Made by a program: the position numbers and the translations under genes | Source of the DNA: Candidatus Woesearchaeota archaeon | GTDB lineage: Archaea; Nanobdellota; Nanobdellia; Pacearchaeales; GW2011-AR1 | NCBI GenBank assembly: GCA_964448605.1 | Contig: CAYUZV010000001.1 | Span: 8,693 to 72,692, forward strand | Length of the DNA stretch: 64,000 nt | Direction: 5' to 3' | In this document: piece after piece, positions 9,987-17,568 of the stretch | How positions within the stretch are numbered: position 1 is the stretch's first letter | How the letters are laid out: every line of letters starts with the position of its first letter | Notes under the pieces: model-generated | What the model was told of the DNA's origin: nothing | Seen by the model: the letters and a program-made list of their open reading frames with translations, nothing else | Databases searched by the model: none

Positions 9987-11236
9987 AGGTGTCTGATTTT
10001 ATAGATTTGAAGTATAAACCGAAGTCGTCGGATTTGGTTTGTTTGTTTAGAGTTGAGAGTGCTGGTTTGCCTATGAAGGTGGTGGCTCCTACTATTGCAT
10101 TGGAGTCAAGTGTTGGAACTTGGACAGATGTTCATGAGAAAAAATATGTTAGGCGGTTGGGTGCTAAGGTTTTTTGGATTAGAGGGAATATGGTTAAGAT
10201 TGCTTATCCTAATGAATTATTTGAGAAAGGAAATGCTCCGAATATTCTTTCATCAATTGCTGGCAATATCTTTGGAATGAAGGCTGTTAAGAATCTTAGA
10301 CTCGAAGATGTGAAAATTCCTCCTGAAATATTAAAATCATTTAAAGGTCCTAAGTATGGTGTTGAGGGTGTTCGGAAAATTTTGAAAGTGGGAGACAGGC
10401 CTTTGGTTGGGACAATTGTTAAACCTAAACTTGGTTTAAAGACAAAGGATCATGCTCAGACTGCTTATGATGCTTGGATGGGTGGTTGTGATGTTGTTAA
10501 GGATGATGAGAATTTGGCTAGTCAGAAATTTAATAAATTTGAGAATAGATTGGCTCGGACCTTGGAGAAAGCAAATAAGGCAGAAGAACAGACAGGTGAG
10601 AAAAAAGCTTATTTAGTTAATGTTACTGCAGAGACTTCTGAAATGATTAGGAGGGCTCAATTGGCTGAAGATTTGGGTTGTAAGTATGTTATGATAGATA
10701 TTGTTACTGCTGGTTTTTCGGCTTTGCAGACATTGAGAGATGCTAATTTTAAAATGGCTATTCATGCTCATAGGGCAATGCATGCTGCTTTTACAAGAAA
10801 TGGAAAACATGGAATTAGCATGATGTTTCTTGCTGATATTGCTCGTTTGATTGGTGTTGATCAATTGCATATTGGAACTGTTGTTGGAAAGTTGGAAGGT
10901 AGCTTGGATGAGGTTAGTGAGATAAATGAGGAGATGGAGAAGAAAGTTGTTAAAGGGACTAAAAGACGACTTGCTCAGAATTGGGGGAAGATTAAACCTG
11001 TTTTGTCGGTTTCTTCAGGAGGTTTGCATCCAGGGCATGTTCCTTTTTTAATGAAGCATTTAGGTCGTGATGTTGTTTTGCAGTTTGGAGGTGGAATTCA
11101 TGGACATCCAAATGGGACTTTAAGAGGAGCTATTGCAGCTCGTCAGGCAGTTGATGCTGTAATGCGAGGTATTTCACTTAAGGAGTTTTCTAAAAATCAT
11201 GTTGAATTGAAAGATGCTTTGGAGTTATGGGGTTAG
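9983..11236 (+). CDS. rbcL: Form III RuBisCO large subunit
   Basis: ESSVGTWT, GNIFGMK, KPKLG, KDDE, HAHRAMH, GTVVGKLEG, SSGG and GGGIHGHP all present. Confidence 0.95.
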   Translation: MKVSDFIDLKYKPKSSDLVCLFRVESAGLPMKVVAPTIALESSVGTWTDVHEKKYVRRLGAKVFWIRGNMVKIAYPNELFEKGNAPNILSSIAGNIFGMKAVKNLRLEDVKIPPEILKSFKGPKYGVEGVRKILKVGDRPLVGTIVKPKLGLKTKDHAQTAYDAWMGGCDVVKDDENLASQKFNKFENRLARTLEKANKAEEQTGEKKAYLVNVTAETSEMIRRAQLAEDLGCKYVMIDIVTAGFSALQTLRDANFKMAIHAHRAMHAAFTRNGKHGISMMFLADIARLIGVDQLHIGTVVGKLEGSLDEVSEINEEMEKKVVKGTKRRLAQNWGKIKPVLSVSSGGLHPGHVPFLMKHLGRDVVLQFGGGIHGHPNGTLRGAIAARQAVDAVMRGISLKEFSKNHVELKDALELWG

Positions 11237-11291
11237 TGAATTGTGAGATTAATAATATAAATTTTTATAAACAATTTTTTATTTAATTGTT

Positions 11292-11656
11292 ATGGTTATG
11301 CAAGAAGGAACTGCTGAATTGGCTGAAAATTTTGGAAAGGATAGTGTAAGAATAGTGGTGGACATGGACTTAGTTACTTTCAAGGATATACGAAACAAGG
11401 AGATATGCAGGTAAACTGGTATATTCGAGCCCCATCTCCAGAAATAGGTTTTATTGATGAAGATACTAATTTGTATATGGGAAAAGCTCTTATTAGGAAA
11501 GGCAGGGTTCATTTTTATGATAGGTATCCTTGTGGTGGTAGACCTTTCAGGGTTAGTGATTTTACGGATGATGAATTTAGAAAAAGAGCTGAACTGATAT
11601 CTCATAATATAGAATCTTTGCTTGAAACTTTTTCTGAAAAGTTTAAAGTTGAATAA
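11292..11656 (+). pseudogene. Hypothetical gene, apparently frameshifted near 11345
   Basis: ATG 11292 follows a TATA box and its frame stops early; the 11405 frame stays open upstream to ~11350. Confidence 0.4.
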
Positions 11657-11717
11657 TCTTTTGAATTTATTCATTGGATGAGCATAATTTTATAAACACT
11701 TTTCATCTATTTTATTT

Positions 11718-13418
11718 ATGAAAATATTATGTTTGCATTGTGATTATATTAAGTTTAAGGCATTGAAGAAAGCTTTGAGGAATCCTGAGGAGCTTACATC
11801 TGAATGGAAGGAGGGTGTTTTGGTTGAGGATAGTTTGGTTGTGCTTACTGCGATTGAGAAACAAGATGAGGGAAATGTTAATGTTGTTGAGGAGTTTGTT
11901 AATGAGATTGTCAGTGTTAGTGGGCAAGTAGGTTGTAAAAATATTGTGCTTTATCCCTATGCTCATTTATCTGTTTCTTTGTCTTCTCCGAATTTTGCAT
12001 TGGATGTTTTGCAGAAAACAGAGAAAGAATTAAAAGGAAAGAAATTTAGTGTTTCTCGTGCACCTTTTGGATATTATAAAGAGTTTGAGTTGAAGGTTAA
12101 AGGGCATCCTCTTTCAGAGTTGAGTAGGGAGATAAAGTTTTCTGGTTCTTTGGATTCTGGAGAGATTTATGATTATAAGAAATTGTTGAATGAGATTTCT
12201 AAAGGTAAGTTGGATACTCGTAAGTTGAAAGAAAATGACCATAGGATTATTGGACAGAAGATGGATTTGTTTTCATTTTCAGAAACTGCTCCTGGAATGG
12301 TTTTTTGGCATAATAATGGTTTGATTATTTTTAATGAGTTGGTTAAATTTTGGAGAGAGGAGCATAGAAAGTCAGGTTATGAGGAGATTAAAACTCCTCA
12401 AGTTTTAGATAAGAAATTATGGCAGATTTCAGGACATTGGGAAAAGTATCGGGAGAATATTTTTTTGACTGATTATGAAGGGAGAGAGTTTGCTGTGAAG
12501 CCAATGAATTGTCCTGGAGGAATGTTGGTTTATAAAAATTCTACAAAATCTTACAGGGATTTTCCATTGAGAGTAGGAGAATTAGGAGTTGTTCATAGAC
12601 AGGAATTGTCAGGAGTTTTAGGTGGTTTATTTAGAGTTATACAATTTACACAAGATGATGCTCATATTTTTTGCACAGAGAAACAGGTTGAGGGGGAGTT
12701 GGTTGGAGTTATTGATTTGATTGATAGATTTTACAAATTGTTTGGATTTGATTATTTTGTTGAACTTTCTACTCGTCCTGAAAAGAGAATTGGAAGTGAT
12801 AAAATTTGGGATAAAGCAGAAAGTGTTTTAGAGAAAGTTTTGAAAAAAAAGAAAATGAAGTTTAAGGTTAATAAGGGTGATGGGGCTTTTTATGGACCGA
12901 AGATTGATTTTCATATTAAGGATTCGTTGGGAAGGACTTGGCAGATGGGAACTTTGCAGTTGGATTTTGCAATGCCTGAAAGGTTTGATTTGAGTTTTGT
13001 TGATAAAGATAATAAAATTAAAAGACCTGTGATGTTGCACAGAGTTGTTTATGGAAGTATTGAAAGATTTATTGGAATTTTGTTAGAACATTATAAAGGA
13101 CATCTTCCTGTTTGGTTGTCACCTGTTCAAGTTAGAGTGATTAATTATACAGATAGAAATAATAAATCTTGTGAGGATTTTTGTAATGAGTTGAAAGAGA
13201 AAGGTTTGAGATTTGATGTTGATTTATCTCAGGAGCCATTAGGTGGAAAGATAAGACAGGCAGAGGTTGAGAAGATTCCTTATATAATTGTTATTGGTGA
13301 TAAGGAAGAGAAGGCAGGAGAGGTTGCTGTTAGAGTTAAGGGCAAGGTTAAGAATTATAAAAAGGGTGAGTTTGTTGATAGAGTGGTGGAGGAGGTTGAG
13401 GGGCAGAAGGGTTTTTAG
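11718..13418 (+). CDS. thrS: Threonine--tRNA ligase (archaeal-type editing domain with a bacterial-type catalytic core)
   Basis: YPYAHLS and PFG.YK.F; DHR..G, KPMNCP, FTQDDAH, GAFYGPKID and HR..YGS.ERF. Confidence 0.95.
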   Translation: MKILCLHCDYIKFKALKKALRNPEELTSEWKEGVLVEDSLVVLTAIEKQDEGNVNVVEEFVNEIVSVSGQVGCKNIVLYPYAHLSVSLSSPNFALDVLQKTEKELKGKKFSVSRAPFGYYKEFELKVKGHPLSELSREIKFSGSLDSGEIYDYKKLLNEISKGKLDTRKLKENDHRIIGQKMDLFSFSETAPGMVFWHNNGLIIFNELVKFWREEHRKSGYEEIKTPQVLDKKLWQISGHWEKYRENIFLTDYEGREFAVKPMNCPGGMLVYKNSTKSYRDFPLRVGELGVVHRQELSGVLGGLFRVIQFTQDDAHIFCTEKQVEGELVGVIDLIDRFYKLFGFDYFVELSTRPEKRIGSDKIWDKAESVLEKVLKKKKMKFKVNKGDGAFYGPKIDFHIKDSLGRTWQMGTLQLDFAMPERFDLSFVDKDNKIKRPVMLHRVVYGSIERFIGILLEHYKGHLPVWLSPVQVRVINYTDRNNKSCEDFCNELKEKGLRFDVDLSQEPLGGKIRQAEVEKIPYIIVIGDKEEKAGEVAVRVKGKVKNYKKGEFVDRVVEEVEGQKGF

Positions 13419-13579
13419 GGAAGGTGAGAGACGGAAACAATAGTTCTTATAAAATTCATCGACTTTGGAAAGCTGAATTTTTTATCATTCTGAAAAGGTT
13501 CAATTTACTGCGAGAGATTAATAGGTTTTATTTGATTATTCGCAAAATATAAAAACAAGGAATTCTTCTTTTTAGTAAG

Positions 13580-14263
13580 ATGAAAAAATTAGTGATAAGT
13601 TTGGGCGGAAGTTTGATAATTCCTGATAAAATTAATCTGAATTTTTTAGAGGATTTTAAAAAAGTTTTGTTAGGATGTAGGGATTATAGGTTTGTGGGAG
13701 TGTGCGGGGGTGGGATGACTGCAAGGAATTATATTTATGGTTTGGATAATCTTCGGTTAAAAAAGAAAGATTTGTTACAATCTTATTTAGGAATCTCGTG
13801 CACCCGTTTAAATGCTCGTTTTATGACTTATTTTTTTGGGAGTGATGCAAATAAAGGAATGCCTAAAGATATGAAAGATGTTGAGGATTATCTTCGTAGG
13901 AAGAGAATTGTTTTTTGCGGTGCTTTGAGATATTCTTCTAATCAGACCTCTGATTCAACTGCTGTAAAACTTGCGAATTATTTTAATTGTGATTTTGTGA
14001 ATTTGTCTAATGTTAAGGGTTTGTATGATAAAGATCCTAAGAAGTATAAAAGTGCGAAATTTATTCCTAAAATTTCGCATAAGGATTTGTGGAAAATGGT
14101 TAAAGGCAGGAATTTTAAACATGGGCAGAATTTTATTTTAGATTCTAATGCTGTTAAATTGATGAAGAAGTATAAGGTAAGGACTTATATTTTGGGTGGT
14201 GATGTTGATAATTTTAAAAGGTTTTTGAAAGGCGAGCATTTTGTTGGAAGTGTTGTAGGATAG
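13580..14263 (+). CDS. pyrH: UMP kinase
   Basis: ISLGGS, GGG..AR, TSD and NV.G.Y..DP motifs. Confidence 0.9.
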   Translation: MKKLVISLGGSLIIPDKINLNFLEDFKKVLLGCRDYRFVGVCGGGMTARNYIYGLDNLRLKKKDLLQSYLGISCTRLNARFMTYFFGSDANKGMPKDMKDVEDYLRRKRIVFCGALRYSSNQTSDSTAVKLANYFNCDFVNLSNVKGLYDKDPKKYKSAKFIPKISHKDLWKMVKGRNFKHGQNFILDSNAVKLMKKYKVRTYILGGDVDNFKRFLKGEHFVGSVVG

Positions 14264-14289
14264 TTTTATAAAAATTGATTTATGAATAT

Positions 14290-15075
14290 TTAGTTTATTT
14301 TATCGTGTGATATCACATAAAAAATCTCATTATCTGTCTCAAACTTTTTAAAGGATAGGTTGTTTTTTTTAAGATGATTTTCAAAACCTGTTCTTTGTTT
14401 TAATTGAAATGGTTTTCTTGAGAGTGATTTTGTTGCAAAACTCACTACGATAAAAGGTGATTTTGTTATGAGTTTTTGGAGGATGTTTTTTTTAGTGTTT
14501 TTTTCTAAAAGGTCGTAGAGTTTGAACATTAAAATAATATCTGATTTTTTTATTTTTTTTAGATTGTTTAAATCTGTGATTTCTGCTGTTCCTTTTAGAT
14601 TCATTATATTGAGATATTTTTTAATTATTTTTTGGTCTTGTTTATTTATGTCGTGTGCATAATAGGTTAGAGTTTTTAGATTCATAAAAGGAAAACTAAA
14701 GATATTTAATCCTGCTCCTAAATCTGTTATTGTTTTTGGTTTTCCTGTGATTGAGAAAATTTTTTTGTAGATTTCTTTGTAGTTTTTTAATCTTTCTTTT
14801 GTTGAAAGTGTTGTTTCTAAGAGTTTTGTTGTGCTGTTTTTTGGTTCTTTTAGGTATTTTTCAATTTTATTTTTTTTGTTTGTTTGATAGCTTGAATAAG
14901 TCCTGTGAAGTTTAGCTCTTATGTTTTTTATTATTTGTTTTTGTTTTTGATTAGGATGAAATTTTAGGTAAGAATTGATTTCTTTTTTAATTATGTCGTC
15001 GGAGATTGAAGAGTATTTTTTATGGGATTTAATTTTTTCTAAAAGTTCTTTTTTCTCTGATTTTGGATTTATCAT
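14290..15075 (-). CDS. ArmA/Rmt (FmrO)-like rRNA methyltransferase
   Basis: STKERL, DLGAGLN and VVSF.TKSL motifs. Confidence 0.7.
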   Translation of the reverse strand: MINPKSEKKELLEKIKSHKKYSSISDDIIKKEINSYLKFHPNQKQKQIIKNIRAKLHRTYSSYQTNKKNKIEKYLKEPKNSTTKLLETTLSTKERLKNYKEIYKKIFSITGKPKTITDLGAGLNIFSFPFMNLKTLTYYAHDINKQDQKIIKKYLNIMNLKGTAEITDLNNLKKIKKSDIILMFKLYDLLEKNTKKNILQKLITKSPFIVVSFATKSLSRKPFQLKQRTGFENHLKKNNLSFKKFETDNEIFYVISHDKIN

Positions 15076-15147
15076 AAATAATTAAGAATAGAAAAGTTTA
15101 TAAATGCATTTTTTTATGATATACTATTAAAAATTTATATAGATAAA

Positions 15148-16437
15148 ATGGCTGGAGAAAAACCAACAATGAATATAGTATTTGTAGGTCATGTTGACCA
15201 TGGTAAAAGTACTTGTGTAGGTCAGCTTATGTTTGTTAGTGGAATCATACCTGAACAGGAAATGAAGAAACTGAAGGAAGAAGCTGAAAAACAAGGAAAA
15301 CCTGGTTTTGAATTTGCTTATATTATGGACCATATTAAAGAAGAAAGAGAAAGAGGAGTTACTATTGATTTAGCTTATAAGAAAATTATTACACCTAAAA
15401 GACAGATTACAATAATTGATGCACCTGGACACAAGGATTTTGTTAAAAATATGATTACTGGTGCTTCACAAGCTGATGCTGCTTTTTTGACAATTGCTGC
15501 TAAAGAAGGTGTTCAACCACAGACAAAAGAGCACTTATGGTTGTTAAGAACCATGGGTGTTACTGATATTGCAGTAGTTGTGAATAAAATGGATACTGTT
15601 GAATATAAAGAAGAAGCTTTTAATAAGGTTAAGGAAGATGTTTCTAATCTTTTGAAAACTGTAGGAATTAATCCTGAAAAAGTTACTTTTTTAGCTGTTT
15701 CAGGGCTTAAAGGAGATAATATTAAGGAGAAATCTCAGAATATGTCTTGGTATAAAGGACCTACTTTGTTTGAGCAATTGGATTTATTTCCAGAACCTCA
15801 AAAACCTGTTGATTTGCCAATGAGAATGCCTGTTCAGGATGTTTATGAAATTACAGGTATTGGAACTGTTCCTGTTGGTAAAATTGAAACTGGTATTATG
15901 AAAATAGGACAAAAAGTTATTGTTCTTCCAGCTCGTTCTGGTAGAGGGGTTGAAGGAGAAGTTAAGAGTATTGAAATGCATCATGAACAATATCAAGAAG
16001 CAGAACCAGGATATAATGTTGGTATAAATATTAGAGGTATTGGTAAGAAAGATATTGCAAGAGGAGATGTTATTGCAGATGCTGGTAAACCTCCAACAAT
16101 TGCTGAAGAATTTACTGCTCAAGTTGCGATTATAAATCATCCAACTGTTGTTGCTAAAGGTTATACACCTGTTTTCCATGTTCATACTGCTCAAGTTCCT
16201 TGTCAGTTAATAGAGATTGTTCACAAGATTGATCCAACAAGTGGACAACCAATGGAAGGTCAAGTTGATTTCTTAAAGAATGGAGATGTTGCTATTTGCA
16301 AGTTCAAGCCAATGGGTAATTTGGTAATTGAAAAAGCAGGAGAAAATCCACATATGGCAAGATTTGCTATTCGAGATGCTGGTGCAACTGTTGCTGCTGG
16401 TGTATGTCAGGATTTGGTTGAGAAGAAGCTGGGTTAA
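15148..16437 (+). CDS. tuf: Translation elongation factor 1-alpha
   Basis: GHVDHGKST, DAPGH and NKMD motifs. Confidence 0.97.
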   Translation: MAGEKPTMNIVFVGHVDHGKSTCVGQLMFVSGIIPEQEMKKLKEEAEKQGKPGFEFAYIMDHIKEERERGVTIDLAYKKIITPKRQITIIDAPGHKDFVKNMITGASQADAAFLTIAAKEGVQPQTKEHLWLLRTMGVTDIAVVVNKMDTVEYKEEAFNKVKEDVSNLLKTVGINPEKVTFLAVSGLKGDNIKEKSQNMSWYKGPTLFEQLDLFPEPQKPVDLPMRMPVQDVYEITGIGTVPVGKIETGIMKIGQKVIVLPARSGRGVEGEVKSIEMHHEQYQEAEPGYNVGINIRGIGKKDIARGDVIADAGKPPTIAEEFTAQVAIINHPTVVAKGYTPVFHVHTAQVPCQLIEIVHKIDPTSGQPMEGQVDFLKNGDVAICKFKPMGNLVIEKAGENPHMARFAIRDAGATVAAGVCQDLVEKKLG

Positions 16438-16467
16438 GAGTTGTTGTAGAGGGTGAGGAGAGATAAT

Positions 16468-16710
16468 ATGATTGATGACATAAATAGAATTTTTTGAAGA
16501 TTGGTTCTCAGGAGATGAAATAGATTTTAGTGAGGAGGTAGAATATTATCTTGAGAAATTTTTGTATTATTCTGTAAATCAAGATGAAAGAAGTAAAAGG
16601 AATCTGATAATAGTTTTAAGGAACATCAAAGGTTAATATATTTTGATGAATTAATGAAATTTATGATTAGATGCCAGGAAGATATTGATGGGATGTGTTT
16701 AGGACATTAA
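16468..16710 (+). pseudogene. Degraded hypothetical ORF
   Basis: Coding-like stretches in successive frames, broken by frameshifts. Confidence 0.3.
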
Positions 16711-16854
16711 TCGACATATTCTCATTATATATAAACCTTCCTAAATCTTTTTAAAAGAAAATTTTTTGTGTGGATTTTTATGAGTTTATAAATCTTTAGA
16801 AATGTTTTAAAAAGAAAGTTTATTATGTTTTTATTTAAAATGGAGGTGAATAAA

Positions 16855-16977
16855 TTGGAGTGACCGATTCATGGGGAGCCGTTGTTTCCCAATGATTATG
16901 ACAAGACGATTGGATATTGCAAAAGATGCAAGGTCTGGTATGAGTTTGAAGATTTGCAGAAAGAGAAAGAAGAGTGA
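16855..16977 (+). pseudogene. Small zinc-finger ORF with in-frame TGA at the first Cys position (ME*PIHG…CKRC)
   Basis: GGAGGTGA SD, TTG start, TGA at 16861-16863, frame open to TGA 16975-16977. Confidence 0.55.
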
Positions 16978-17056
16978 TGTTTATTTTATTTCACATAAGT
17001 TTATTAATATTGTTTTCTTTTAATTTTATTGAAATTATTTATTATGGGATTTTAAG

Positions 17057-17506
17057 ATGCCACACCAATGTACAAAATGCGGAGAAATGTATCCTGATGC
17101 ATCTGAAGAGTTGTTAAAGGGTTGTAAATGTGGGAGCAGGTTTTTTTATTATATTAGGCAGGATAAATATGATTCATTACGGGAAGAGTATAAGAAAAAG
17201 ATTGTTGAATTGGAAAAGGCAGATAAAGAGCAGATTGAAAAAGATATTCGTGAGTTGACTGGTTTAGATAAAAAACCTGATAAGCCAGTTGTTTTAGATT
17301 TGGAGAGTGTGAGAGTTTTGGAGCCGGGTAAATTTGAAATTGATTTGATTAATTTGTTTGCGAAATCAAGACCTTTGATTTACAAATTAGAGGAAGGAAA
17401 GTATGTTATTGATTTGGAGAATTCTTTTAAGAAAGGAGAGATTTATGAGAGGGATTATTTTGAAGAAGAGGAGAATTCAGAAGAGGGTGATTTTGAAAAA
17501 ACTTAA
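17057..17506 (+). CDS. oapC: OapC (DUF2072-type) Zn-ribbon protein
   Basis: MPHQCTKCG, LL.GC.CG…F.Y and ES.R…G.FE.D motifs. Confidence 0.85.
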   Translation: MPHQCTKCGEMYPDASEELLKGCKCGSRFFYYIRQDKYDSLREEYKKKIVELEKADKEQIEKDIRELTGLDKKPDKPVVLDLESVRVLEPGKFEIDLINLFAKSRPLIYKLEEGKYVIDLENSFKKGEIYERDYFEEEENSEEGDFEKT

Positions 17507-17568
17507 ATTTGAACAAACTTAAAAACCCTAATTGCTTTTGTTAGTATTATAAATTTATTGAGGTTAAT

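Noticed and set aside
9983-11236. RuBisCO-like protein (form IV) or a Calvin cycle
   Set aside because: The catalytic motifs match a true RuBisCO; no phosphoribulokinase or small subunit is in the window.
16438-17056. Replication origin next to oapC
   Set aside because: No cdc6/orc1, no recognisable ORB repeats and no skew switch.
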